This document shows positions 17,873 through 27,469 of a stretch of DNA of 33,034 nt, piece after piece. Origin of the DNA: an uncultured virus (IMG/VR IMGVR_UViG_3300048865_000024) (taxonomy: Duplodnaviria; Heunggongvirae; Uroviricota; Caudoviricetes); the IMG/VR virus record IMGVR_UViG_3300048865_000024. One strand, 5' to 3'. The stretch's first letter is position 1; every line of letters starts with the position of its first letter. The translations under genes and the position numbers were made by a program. The notes under the pieces are model-generated. The model was not told the origin of the DNA and did no database searches. It saw only the letters and a list, made by a program, of their open reading frames with translations.

Positions 17873-19683
17873 CGGATACGAAGAACTTGATTTTCTCCTG
17901 GCTGACGAACGGCGTCGAACCTTCGCGCACAAATCATCAGGAATTGGCGGACGCCATTCTCTACGGCAGCCCCGCACAATCTCCGGCGCGCAGGGCGGCA
18001 ACGCCGATCGCCGGGCAGGAGTGGGCGGCGGTGGAACAAAACGACATCGACGGTATCCAGAAACCGGTTCCGCCCCGCGCCGACGGCATAAACGGCGCGG
18101 TCCGCGCCGCGGGGCAGGGCGTCCTGGGGATCGGTTCCTACCTGGACGAAATGGATGCGGCGACGAATGCCACGCTGGCACCGGGATTCGATCCCCTGTT
18201 GCCCGACAGCTTTGAGAAGCTTCCCGGTGAAACATGGAGCGAGCGATACGACCAGGCGCTGGAAATTCAGCGGCGTGACAGCCGCGAATATGATGAGGAC
18301 CATCCTTATCTTTCTACCTCCCTCAAACTGGCTGGCGGTGTCGGTTCCGCGGCGGCGCTGTTGAGGGCGCTGCCGTCGATCGGGAACTATGCGCTTGGAA
18401 ACACCGGCGCATCGATTGCCGGCCGGGTGGCTTCGGGTACCGGTGCCGGTGCCGGGACCGGCATCGTACAGGGGTATGGCGCCGGAGAAGGGGGTGCCGA
18501 GAACCGGTCGAGCGAGGCTCAGATCGAAGCGCTCTGGGGTGCCGGCGCCGGCGCTGTCGCGGTGCCGCTGGCATCGGGGCTCGGGAGGCTTGGCTCTGCG
18601 GCCTACCGCAAGTTTTTCGGCACAGGCGGTGATGTGCCCGTGCCGAGCGCCCCGGCCAATAGGGCACCCGGCATGGCCGCCGAGAAGGCGCAGGACGGTG
18701 GAGAACTTGCCTCCGGCAGAGTGGGGCTTTACAATCATCCGGCCAGGCCTCAGCGTCCTTTCGAGGTGGATTATCCGGCAAAGGAGAAGAGCTATGCCGA
18801 ACGGGGAATCGCCGACGAAAACGGAAAGCTCCTGCAGGACATCGAGGGATACGACTTCGATGGAAACGAAATCATCGCCGGTCGGCGTTATGCGGGACAG
18901 GCTGATAGCAATCTCTCTACCGGAGAACTGGGACACGTTGTCGAGAGAACAACGGGAACAGTGCCTCTTAAAGTTGCGCGAGGAAGCGTTAGGGGCGACC
19001 ACGGCGTAACGCTCTACGACAAAGCCTCCCGCCGACCTGCCGAGGTTCTGACCGCCGACGATGTTTCGCCGGAGGACTATCCACTTCTGCTCGCTCACGA
19101 GACCGGCCATGTCGTCGATCAGGCGAGCGGGGAGCGGTTCTCGCTCGGGATGAAGGGCATGAGCCCGGAGGAGATCGCCCGGATGGCTAAGACGCGGGCA
19201 TCCGGACAAGGCCTTTCCCCGCAAGAGATTGCCCGGTTGATCGAGACCAGATACTCGCGGACCCTGAAAGGGCTTCCTCCCGAAGAGCGGGAGCTGATCA
19301 TCCGCCAGGCCCGCCGAATCTACAACGACCGCAACATGCATCCGGACAATCCGCGGATGGTGATGCAGGAGCGTACAGGCGTGCCAGTAAAAGAAGAATA
19401 CCAGGTGACGCCGCAGAAGCAGGGTTATCCAGACGATACCGCCGAGCGTGAATATGCCGCGGAAGCCTTTGCCGCCTATATGAGCAACGCAAACGGCACC
19501 AAGACGGATGCCCCCGATCTGGCGAAGATGCTGCGGCAGATCGTCCGGGAGACGCCGGAACTGAAGGGTATTCTGCGGCTCAACGGCGTTGGCGGCTTGG
19601 GGGTTACCGGGATCGCGGCCGGGTCCAACGGCCTGGCTGGATACGACGCCAAAGGAAGCAGGACCGGGGAGAGTCGGCCATGA
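17869..19683 (+). CDS. Ejection-protein-like N-terminus fused to a zincin (HExxH) metallopeptidase-like domain; putative virion-delivered effector
   Basis: Gly/Ala-rich hydrophobic region in the first half; LAHETGH at 19090-19110 and downstream EYAAEAFAAY. Confidence 0.75.
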   Translation: MTDTKNLIFSWLTNGVEPSRTNHQELADAILYGSPAQSPARRAATPIAGQEWAAVEQNDIDGIQKPVPPRADGINGAVRAAGQGVLGIGSYLDEMDAATNATLAPGFDPLLPDSFEKLPGETWSERYDQALEIQRRDSREYDEDHPYLSTSLKLAGGVGSAAALLRALPSIGNYALGNTGASIAGRVASGTGAGAGTGIVQGYGAGEGGAENRSSEAQIEALWGAGAGAVAVPLASGLGRLGSAAYRKFFGTGGDVPVPSAPANRAPGMAAEKAQDGGELASGRVGLYNHPARPQRPFEVDYPAKEKSYAERGIADENGKLLQDIEGYDFDGNEIIAGRRYAGQADSNLSTGELGHVVERTTGTVPLKVARGSVRGDHGVTLYDKASRRPAEVLTADDVSPEDYPLLLAHETGHVVDQASGERFSLGMKGMSPEEIARMAKTRASGQGLSPQEIARLIETRYSRTLKGLPPEERELIIRQARRIYNDRNMHPDNPRMVMQERTGVPVKEEYQVTPQKQGYPDDTAEREYAAEAFAAYMSNANGTKTDAPDLAKMLRQIVRETPELKGILRLNGVGGLGVTGIAAGSNGLAGYDAKGSRTGESRP

Positions 19684-19755
19684 CCCTGGCGATTGTCTTC
19701 TCGCCGATGACCTGCTCGCCATGCGGGGTGGCAGGCGAAGCCAGTCCCGCGCTGC
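19680..19755 (+). pseudogene. Ghost of the 5' end of the 21645 gene
   Basis: atgaccctg...tctcgccg...gccatg...ggcaggcga colinear with 21645-21790. Confidence 0.65.
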
Positions 19756-19806
19756 TTTTGCCGCCGACGTTCAATCGCTCATTCGCGGGCTATCTTCGCA
19801 GACGGT

Positions 19807-20387
19807 TCAGTTGAACCGGATAATATGTTTGAGCGTCGGGTGGCGCCTGACTTGGTCACGGATAAGAAAGGCAATGTCCGGTCCCACCGTCTTGATATAG
19901 TTCGGATCGAGCAAATAGGCGCAGATCGAAATGGCCGCATATTCCCGGCGGATGGCGTCGCCTTGATATCCGTGGTTCTCGGGGCCGACCCAGTGTTCTT
20001 CCGGTATGGGCACGCCGCTCTGCTCCTGCCGGACCATGCGCGGATCGTCCGGGGGAGTGTGCATATCGTTGTAAATACGGCGCGCTTGCATCAAGGCTGC
20101 CCCGGCCAGCGGTATTCCACCGACCTTCCGGTCGATCATGTGTCCGATTTCAAGGCAGAGAGCGAGCTTGTCTTGCGGCGACATCCCGTCCACGACGCGC
20201 TCATTTCGCGATCGGGGGCGGACTCATCCACCGCCTCGCGATCTTCGGTCGATGCCGGCGACGATTTTGCGTTCGGCGCGGCCTCCGACTTCCGGGGGGC
20301 AAACCATTTCAAAACGGCGTCGAGAGACGGCCGCAGGAAGGTATGCCCGGCACCCGCCGGTTTCGCCTGCGACTCTTCGTTCGACAT
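19807..20387 (-). pseudogene. Inverted paralogue of the zincin domain lacking the first His; probably frameshifted near 20200
   Basis: QARRIYNDMH..PDDPRMVRQEQSGVP...REYAA...HPTLKHIIRFN aligns with the 604-aa protein; CLEIGH replaces AHETGH; upstream frame begins MSNEESQ at 20387. Confidence 0.7.
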
Positions 20388-20635
20388 GCCTTTTCTCCCC
20401 GCCGGATAAGCCTCCACGAACGGACGTCGAGGCACAGCCGGAGGAGCGTATCGAGACGCGTTATCGAGAGCAAGCTTTCAGCACGAGCCATTGTGCCGAC
20501 GCGGCAAGACTCCCGCCGCGGCTTTTGCAAGCCCGCACCGGAGCGCATTTACCGCGGCACAGGAGAACCGCATGAGCGAATATCTTCACGACTGAATCGT
20601 GCAAAAAAATGCTGAACGAAGCTTCGACGCCGCGG

Positions 20636-20922
20636 GGTGCGATTGATGCCGCCTGCCATCCGACATCGTCGGCAGCATCCGGTGCTTTGCCGAACGGGTG
20701 TTCTGGCCACGGTGCAAGTCCTGTCCGATTTCGAGAGCGGCTCCGGACGTTTTGAACATATGCCCACGTCTTGAATGGGGGTCCGCATCAACAAGCGGCG
20801 GGTTTGGCTCGCCCTTCTTTTAGAGGAAAGACCATGAGGGAAGCCAAGGAGAAGACGACGATCGGAGACGAGCGCGCCCGTTGCGGGAATGCGCGGACAG
20901 TCATCGCAGGAGCGACGCCATG
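20636..20922 (+). pseudogene. Collapsed ghost block: exported-protein gene, terminator, start of 16780 gene, end of adaptor gene
   Basis: Colinear matches to 13235-13246/13545-13633, 16730-16765, MREAKEKTT vs MAEATEKTT, and 17815-17872. Confidence 0.85.
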
Positions 20923-21648
20923 ACCGATGCGGCGAAGAAGCGGATCGCATCCATGATTCTCGATGGCGTTCCGCCGCAGGCTGAGGGCCTGCAACCCCAG
21001 ATTGCTGGGTCACTTTCCTCCCGACAGGAGATGGAGTATGATCCTCCAACCTTGCCTCAGCGGTCGGTCGAGTTGGATTATCCCGCAGGAGAAAAGAGCT
21101 ATGTCGAAAGAGGAATCGCCGATGAATCAGGACGATTGCTGCAAGACATCGACGGAAGACCCCTCACAGCGCGCTATGTCGCGGGCCGTACGCATGTGCG
21201 CGGGGCTGATACCGTACTCGGCAACGAGGGACTCGGTCGAATTGTCCTTTGGGGAACAGGAGAGTTTCCTAGACAAGTTCATGGAAGCAAGATCCAAGGC
21301 GCAAACGGCGCAACGGAAATAGATCTCAATACGGGCGAACCAAGAGGCGTCCTTCTTTCCGCCGACCTTCATCCGAACGATATCCCGCGCGTTCTTGCCC
21401 ATGAGCGCGTTCTTGCCCGTGAGACGGGGCATGTCATCGATCAGCTCACCGACACCATGTCGATCAACGGGATCGAGGACGAAGCGCGACGCAATTATCA
21501 CTGGCTCATCACGGGCGAAGCGCCACAGCCCGGCGCAAAGCTCGTCGGCCCCGAGGATCTCGGACATCCGCAGCACCTGATCGATCTCGCCGGGACCGGC
21601 GGATTGGCAGGTTTCAAGGAAACCGGGACGGGGAAAGGCGAGCTATGA
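20920..21648 (+). CDS. Shortened, probably inactive paralogue of the 604-aa zincin effector
   Basis: DYPAGEKSYVERGIADESGRLLQDIDG matches; HExxH broken by an 18-bp duplication; third-ligand region absent; coupled to 21645. Confidence 0.75.
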   Translation: MTDAAKKRIASMILDGVPPQAEGLQPQIAGSLSSRQEMEYDPPTLPQRSVELDYPAGEKSYVERGIADESGRLLQDIDGRPLTARYVAGRTHVRGADTVLGNEGLGRIVLWGTGEFPRQVHGSKIQGANGATEIDLNTGEPRGVLLSADLHPNDIPRVLAHERVLARETGHVIDQLTDTMSINGIEDEARRNYHWLITGEAPQPGAKLVGPEDLGHPQHLIDLAGTGGLAGFKETGTGKGEL

Positions 21649-22247
21649 CCCTGCTTTCCGCAGTCAATCGAGTTTGCGACATCGTCTCGCTCTCGCCGTT
21701 CGACAGCGTCTACGGCTCCGACGAGCCGAACGCGCAGACGATGGTTGCCATGGCGCAGGAGGCAGGCGACGAGATCGCCCGCCGCGCCGACTGGCAGAAG
21801 CTCTTGAAGGCGCACACCGCTGCCGCCTCGCCGGTGACCCTGCCTGACGATTTCCAGCGGCTGACGCCTGGCGGCCCGGTCAGGACAGCCGCCGGCGTCT
21901 TCGTCCGCCCCGTCACCAATTCCGGCCAGTGGGCGGTCATCGCCCGGATATCCGCGGCGCAGCCATATTTCTTCATCAGGGGCGGGCAGGCGCTGTTCTC
22001 GCCGGCCTCTGCTGCCGCGAGCGCCGTCATCGATTACGTCTCGAGGAACTGGATCCTGCACGATCCGGATGGGCCGCAGGATGCCTTTTCGGCAGACGAT
22101 GACACGACGCTTTTCCCCGAGCGACTGCTGGTCAAGGGCATCGTGTGGCGCTGGAAGAGGCAAAAAGGCCTCGCCTACGAGGACAACCTTGCCGAGTTCG
22201 AAGCCGACCTCGCGCAGGAGATCAACGCCGACAGGGGCGCCCAATGA
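21645..22247 (+). CDS. Second adaptor / tail tubular A-like protein
   Basis: MTLLSAV...WQKL, LPDDF, ERLLVKGIVWRWKRQKGL pattern; precedes the nozzle gene. Confidence 0.75.
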   Translation: MTLLSAVNRVCDIVSLSPFDSVYGSDEPNAQTMVAMAQEAGDEIARRADWQKLLKAHTAAASPVTLPDDFQRLTPGGPVRTAAGVFVRPVTNSGQWAVIARISAAQPYFFIRGGQALFSPASAAASAVIDYVSRNWILHDPDGPQDAFSADDDTTLFPERLLVKGIVWRWKRQKGLAYEDNLAEFEADLAQEINADRGAQ

Positions 22248-23860
22248 GAATTCAGCCAAGGCCGGCCCGTATAGGGCAATCCAATCGCGGGGCGGTATCC
22301 ATCGGCCGTCAGCAGACATCGCAGCCGGTGACCTTCCCTGCGCCCAAGGGCGGGCTGGTCACGACCGCGGACATGGCGTCGCAAGAGCCGGGCTCGGCCA
22401 CCGTGCTGCGCAACTTCTTCCCGACGCTGATGGGCTGCAAGATCCGCGGCGGCTCGCAGAAGAAAGGTCTTGCGGTAGACGGCGGTGATATCAAGAGCGC
22501 CTTCAAATACAAATACGGCAGCAACGAAAAGCTGTTCATGGCGACGAACGCCGGCATCTACAACATGACGTCGCCGGCCGCGCCCCCGATCACGACCGCG
22601 GCGGATGTTTCCGGAATGAGCGGCGGTGATTGGTGCGCCTTTCAGCATACCAATGCCGGCACGTCCTATCTCGTGTGCCTCAACGGCGCCAATAACCGGC
22701 AGCTTTACAACGGCGCGAGCTGGACGACCTCTCCTGCCATCACCTTCACCGATGGCACGACGATGCCGCAGCTCAATTACGGCTGGCTGTTCAAGAACCG
22801 GCAGTTCTTCCTGAAGAACGCAACGCTTGACGCCTATTACCTGGCGGTCAACGCGGTCGGTGGCGCCGCTTCCGTCTTTCCCCTTGGCGGCGTGATGAAG
22901 AAGGGCGGCTCGCTACTTACCGGCTTCTCCTGGTCGCTGGAAAGCGGGGACGGCCTCAGCGACATGTGCGTGTTCGTCTCGACAGAGGGCGAAATTGCGG
23001 TCTATGCCGGGTCCGATCCGTCGAGCGCTTCCGACTTTGCATTGAAAGGCGTCTATCAGATCGGAAAGCCACTCGGAAAGAATGCCTGGATCAGGGCAGG
23101 GGGCGACATTCTCGTTGCCACGACGGACGGACTCACGCCGATGTCGCAGGTGTTCCAGCGCGACCGGCAGGCTCTTTCGCTGGTGTCCGTCTCTCGCCCG
23201 ATCGAGGATGACTGGCGCAAGGCAGCCAACGCCACCGGGAGCGGCTGGACGCTGACGCAGTGGCCGGAACAGAACCTCGTCTTCGTGGCCTTTCCGGAAA
23301 ACACCGTGGTCACCGACACGACCTTCGTCCTCAACGTGCTGACCGGCCGCTGGTCGACGATCAGCAACTGGCAGGCGCTCTGCTACGAGACGCTGCAGGG
23401 CGGGCTGTTCTTCGGCTCGCTCGACGGCGTTATGTGGCAGGGAGATGCGGGCGGGACGGATGACGGGATGGCCTTCTCGGCGACCTATCTTTCGCAGTTC
23501 TCGCCGGCCGGCCAGTTCGGCCAGCGGGCGACGGCCACGATGGCGCATATGTACTTCCGGGCGAAGTCCAGCCCCAAGGTAAGGCTGTTTGCCCGTGCCG
23601 ACCACGACCGGTCGACGCCCACATTCGCCACCGCGACCGAAGGCGATGCAACCTCGTCCGAATGGGACGTCGGTTTCTGGGACGTGGCGATCTGGGACGG
23701 CGTTTCACAGGTGCGGCGCTACGAATTCCGGCAGAACGTCCGGGCGGCTGGCGACATGCTGGCCGCCGGCTGTGTGATCACCTCAGGCGGGAATTTCAAG
23801 CTCGATATCGAGGTCGATCTCGCCACGGTGCAAGTCTCGGTCGGGGAGGCCAGCGCTTGA
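22244..23860 (+). CDS. Tail nozzle / tail tubular B-like (beta-propeller) protein
   Basis: 538 aa, beta-rich; FPAPKGGL and LRNFFP N-terminus; WDVGFWDVAIWD near the C-terminus; position in the tail module. Confidence 0.8.
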   Translation: MRIQPRPARIGQSNRGAVSIGRQQTSQPVTFPAPKGGLVTTADMASQEPGSATVLRNFFPTLMGCKIRGGSQKKGLAVDGGDIKSAFKYKYGSNEKLFMATNAGIYNMTSPAAPPITTAADVSGMSGGDWCAFQHTNAGTSYLVCLNGANNRQLYNGASWTTSPAITFTDGTTMPQLNYGWLFKNRQFFLKNATLDAYYLAVNAVGGAASVFPLGGVMKKGGSLLTGFSWSLESGDGLSDMCVFVSTEGEIAVYAGSDPSSASDFALKGVYQIGKPLGKNAWIRAGGDILVATTDGLTPMSQVFQRDRQALSLVSVSRPIEDDWRKAANATGSGWTLTQWPEQNLVFVAFPENTVVTDTTFVLNVLTGRWSTISNWQALCYETLQGGLFFGSLDGVMWQGDAGGTDDGMAFSATYLSQFSPAGQFGQRATATMAHMYFRAKSSPKVRLFARADHDRSTPTFATATEGDATSSEWDVGFWDVAIWDGVSQVRRYEFRQNVRAAGDMLAAGCVITSGGNFKLDIEVDLATVQVSVGEASA

Positions 23861-24303
23861 GCCTGATCTGGGGCGGGGCATCGAACCCCGCCGTCAATCA
23901 GGCCATAGCCCGGTTCGTCGCAAGCCGCATTCCCGGCTGCGGCCGCGGCTTCGAGCATTTCACGACACTGGGAATGATCGAAGGCGAGCACCTCGTCGCC
24001 GGCATCGTCTTCCACAACTACACGCCCGAGGCCGGGGTCATAGAGCTTTCGTCCGCTTCGACCAGCAAGCGCTGGCTGACGCGCCCGATGCTCAAAGCGA
24101 TGTTCGGCTACCCCTTCGATCAGATCGGCTGCCAGTTGGTCGTTCTCAGGGTCTCCGAGCGCAACACCGTAATGATCGAAATAGCCGAGCGTTTCGGCTT
24201 CAAGGCCTGCCGCATCCCGCGCCTCAGGGGCCGGGAGGAAGCGGAGATCATTTTTACGTTCACAGATGACGACTGGCGCAGCCACGCCGTCAACAGAAGG
24301 TAG
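23857..24303 (+). CDS. GNAT-fold virion assembly protein (P22 gp14-like)
   Basis: TTGA overlap; WLTRPML...FGYPFDQIGC...VSERN...ERFGF. Confidence 0.8.
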   Translation: MSLIWGGASNPAVNQAIARFVASRIPGCGRGFEHFTTLGMIEGEHLVAGIVFHNYTPEAGVIELSSASTSKRWLTRPMLKAMFGYPFDQIGCQLVVLRVSERNTVMIEIAERFGFKACRIPRLRGREEAEIIFTFTDDDWRSHAVNRR

Positions 24304-24308
24304 ACGCC

Positions 24309-26174
24309 ATGGGGAAGCAAAAAGCTCCGAGCCCTCCGGATCCGAACAAGACGGCCGCGGCACAGACGGCAACCAATATCGGCACGGCGATTGCCAACCA
24401 GACGCTCGGCAACGTCAACCAGGTGACGCCCGACGGCAACCTGACCTATTCGCAGACGGGCTCGACGAAATGGACGGATCCGTTGAACGGCAAGGAATAT
24501 GATCTGCCGACCTATACGGCAACGCAAACGCTTTCGCCCGAGCAGCAGGCCATCAAGAACCAGACCGATGCCGCCGAACTGAACATGGCGACGCTTGCCA
24601 GCACACAATCGGGCAAGCTCAACACTCTGCTCGGCAGCCAACTCGACATCTCCAAGGCGCCGGCGGCGGGAAGCGCGGGTGCGATCGGGCTGCCGAAGTA
24701 CCAGAGCTTCACCGGCGGCCCGCAGCTTCAGACCGGCCTTGGCAATTACGGGAACGTGCAAAGCTCGATCGCCGGAGCCGGCCCCATCCAGACGGGCCTT
24801 GGAGATACCGGCAAAGTTCAGACGGCGCTTGCCGGCGCCGGGAACGTTCAAAGCGCGATCGCGAGCGCCGGCCCCATTCAGAACCAGGTTGCAAATGCCG
24901 GCAAGATCCAGACATCACTTGGCAATGCAGGCGATATCACCAAGTCCTATGCTTTCGATATCGACACCTCGAAATACGAACAGGCGTTGCTCGACCGGCT
25001 GAACCCGCAGCTCGAGCGGGACCGGGCGGCGCTCGAAACGAAGCTCAGCAACCAAGGCCTGCAGCCGGGTTCCGAAGCCTATAACCGCGCGATCGACGAA
25101 GCGAACCGCGCAGCGAACGACGCGCGGATAGGGGCGACGCTGAGCGCGGGGCAGGAACAATCCCGGATCGCCGGGCTCGCGCAAGGCCAGGCGATGTTCC
25201 AAAACTCCGCCCAGCAGCAGGCCTATGACCAGATGACGGGGATCGGCCAGTTCTACAATTCCGCTCAGGCGCAGCAATATGCGCAGAACGCGAACGACAT
25301 GCAGCTGGCCAACGCCGCCCAGGGGCAGACGTTCGGCCAGAACCAGGCGCAGCTCGAGGCCGGCAATGCCGCCCAGCAGCAGCAGTACGACCAAACCCTT
25401 TCTTCCGGCCAATTCGCGAATGCCGCCCAGCAGCAGCTGTTCAACAATGCCCTCCAGGCCGCCCAGTTCACGAACGCCGCCCAAGAGCAGACGTTCGGCC
25501 AGAACAAGGCGCAACTCGAAGCCGGCAATGCAGCCCAGAACCAGAAGTTCACCCAAGGATTGGCGGGTGCCGAGTTCGGCAACAACGCGCTGCAGCAGCA
25601 ATACCAGAACCAGAACACCGCCACGGCCGGCAACAATGCGCTTGCCGATCAGCGCTTCAACGCCCAGCAGGCGAAGTTCAACCTGCAGAACCAGGAGAGA
25701 GCGCAATATCTGAACGAGCTCTATGCCCAGCGCAACCAGCCGGTCAACGAGATTTCGGCGCTCCTGTCCGGCGCCCAGGTCGGCAGCCCGAATTTCGTGC
25801 CGACGCAGGGGGTGCAAGTCCCGACGGTCGACTACGCCGGTCTCGTCAACCAAAACTACCAGAATCAGCTCAGTACATGGCAGCAGAACAACGCCAACTC
25901 GCAAAACCTGCTCGGCGGCCTGCTCGGCTTCGGAGGGCAACTCGCCGCGCTCTCCGACAAGCGGGCGAAGAAGGACGTCGAGAAAGTCGGCCAACTCAAG
26001 GGCCATGGCCTCTACGAGTATCGCTATAAAGGCAAGCACGACGACGGGAAGCGGCACATCGGCGTGATGGCCCAGGAAGTCGAGAAGATGCGGCCGGACG
26101 CAGTGTCGCGCCGCCCTGACGGGCTCCGCCAAGTCGACTACGGCAAGCTTTTTACTGCTGGAAGGAAGAAATGA
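24309..26174 (+). CDS. Ejection/pilot protein with Gln/Asn-rich repeats and C-terminal Peptidase_S74-type chaperone domain
   Basis: MGKQKAPSPPDP N-terminus; 10-aa and 18-aa repeats; LSDKRAKKDV...YEYRYK...IGVMAQEV...PDAV...VDYG. Confidence 0.85.
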   Translation: MGKQKAPSPPDPNKTAAAQTATNIGTAIANQTLGNVNQVTPDGNLTYSQTGSTKWTDPLNGKEYDLPTYTATQTLSPEQQAIKNQTDAAELNMATLASTQSGKLNTLLGSQLDISKAPAAGSAGAIGLPKYQSFTGGPQLQTGLGNYGNVQSSIAGAGPIQTGLGDTGKVQTALAGAGNVQSAIASAGPIQNQVANAGKIQTSLGNAGDITKSYAFDIDTSKYEQALLDRLNPQLERDRAALETKLSNQGLQPGSEAYNRAIDEANRAANDARIGATLSAGQEQSRIAGLAQGQAMFQNSAQQQAYDQMTGIGQFYNSAQAQQYAQNANDMQLANAAQGQTFGQNQAQLEAGNAAQQQQYDQTLSSGQFANAAQQQLFNNALQAAQFTNAAQEQTFGQNKAQLEAGNAAQNQKFTQGLAGAEFGNNALQQQYQNQNTATAGNNALADQRFNAQQAKFNLQNQERAQYLNELYAQRNQPVNEISALLSGAQVGSPNFVPTQGVQVPTVDYAGLVNQNYQNQLSTWQQNNANSQNLLGGLLGFGGQLAALSDKRAKKDVEKVGQLKGHGLYEYRYKGKHDDGKRHIGVMAQEVEKMRPDAVSRRPDGLRQVDYGKLFTAGRKK

Positions 26175-27469
26175 TGGCTCCATCCTTCATCTTCGGTGGG
26201 AATACGGGCGAGACGCCCCAATCAGTCAAGCGCAAGCGGGATCTCGCCATGGCGATCATGGGTGCTTCCGCTGCGCCCAGGAACGTCGGCGAAGGCCTCA
26301 ATGCGCTCGGCTCCGGGATTGTCGCGGGCATCATGAACCGGCGCGCCGACAAGGCCGAAAAGAGTGGCAGGGCCGGTGCCGACAGTGTGTTCCAAGGCAT
26401 CGTGAACAGGATTACCGGTCAAGCGCCGGATGCGGAAGGGTCACGCATGGTTTCGACCGGGGCAGGGCCGGCGAGCACTGGCCCTGTATCTTCGGAGTCT
26501 TCCGCTTATCGAGATGCAATCGCCTCGATCGAGAGTGCAGGCAGCGGCGGCTACAAAGCGGTTGGCCCGACGCATCCGAAAATGGGCCGCGCGCTCGGCC
26601 GATACCAGATCATGGAGGCCAATGTCGGCCCATGGTCTCGCGAAGTGCTCGGCCGCGAAGTATCGCCGGACGAGTTCATGGCCGATGCGCGGATTCAGGA
26701 CGCCATTTTCGACGGCAAATTCAACAGCTATGTGCAGCAGTTCGGTCCAGAGGGCGCGGCTCAGGCGTGGTTCGCGGGCCCCGGCGGGGTCGGCAAGACA
26801 GACCGGAAGGATACGCTCGGAACCGACACAGGCACCTATGGACGCAAGTTCATGCGCGCCCTTGGATCACAGGGACAGCCGCAGAAAGCCGCCGGCCGCG
26901 ATCCCTCGATCGGGATGCCGCATCAAACCGCCGCGGGCGCGGTCAACGCCATGAGTGCGGGGATAAGCAGCCCTTCAGCGTCGCTTTCGGAAGAGGTCGC
27001 CGCCTTCGAGCAGACGCCTGAGTACCGGGCCCAATTCCCCGGCATGAACGTGCCGCAGGGCATCCCCGCGCAGTTCCAAGGCTCCCGGAAGCTCGCCAAT
27101 GCGCAGGGCGGCATCATGCCGGCGCTCATGGGCGGCGCCCCGGCCTCGCCCGAGCAGATCGCAGAGGCGCAGGCGATCGGGCAGCAGCAGGCGCCGCAAG
27201 CCCCGACCCGGATGGAGCTACTTCAAGCCCTCGGCAATCCGTTCCTCAGCGAAGAGCAGCGCGCGATTCTGCAGACACTCTATCAGCAGCAGGTGCAGCA
27301 GTCCGATCCGGTGCGACTGATGGAGCTTGAAAGAGGACGCCTTGAAATCGATGTCATGCGAAACGGCGAATGGTCAAAACTCGATGACGGCAGACTCTAC
27401 AATCAGCGTACGGGAGAAGTGAGGGGCACCCGAACCAAACCGAACGCGTGCCTCCCGAACTTGCCCTGA
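26171..27469 (+). CDS. Ejection protein with lytic transglycosylase-like domain; probably truncated at the 3' end
   Basis: AIASIESAGSGGY...ALGRYQIM...AWFAGP; ends abruptly with a plausible continuation in another frame. Confidence 0.8.
   Translation: MMAPSFIFGGNTGETPQSVKRKRDLAMAIMGASAAPRNVGEGLNALGSGIVAGIMNRRADKAEKSGRAGADSVFQGIVNRITGQAPDAEGSRMVSTGAGPASTGPVSSESSAYRDAIASIESAGSGGYKAVGPTHPKMGRALGRYQIMEANVGPWSREVLGREVSPDEFMADARIQDAIFDGKFNSYVQQFGPEGAAQAWFAGPGGVGKTDRKDTLGTDTGTYGRKFMRALGSQGQPQKAAGRDPSIGMPHQTAAGAVNAMSAGISSPSASLSEEVAAFEQTPEYRAQFPGMNVPQGIPAQFQGSRKLANAQGGIMPALMGGAPASPEQIAEAQAIGQQQAPQAPTRMELLQALGNPFLSEEQRAILQTLYQQQVQQSDPVRLMELERGRLEIDVMRNGEWSKLDDGRLYNQRTGEVRGTRTKPNACLPNLP

Noticed and set aside
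2381..20922. Dispersed repeat pairs as diversity-generating retroelement TR/VR
   Set aside because: No reverse transcriptase in the window; differences include many indels and are not adenine-specific
24729..25634. CRISPR array or non-coding tandem repeat
   Set aside because: Periodicity is 30 and 54 nt in frame within a CDS, with degenerate codons, no spacers and no cas genes
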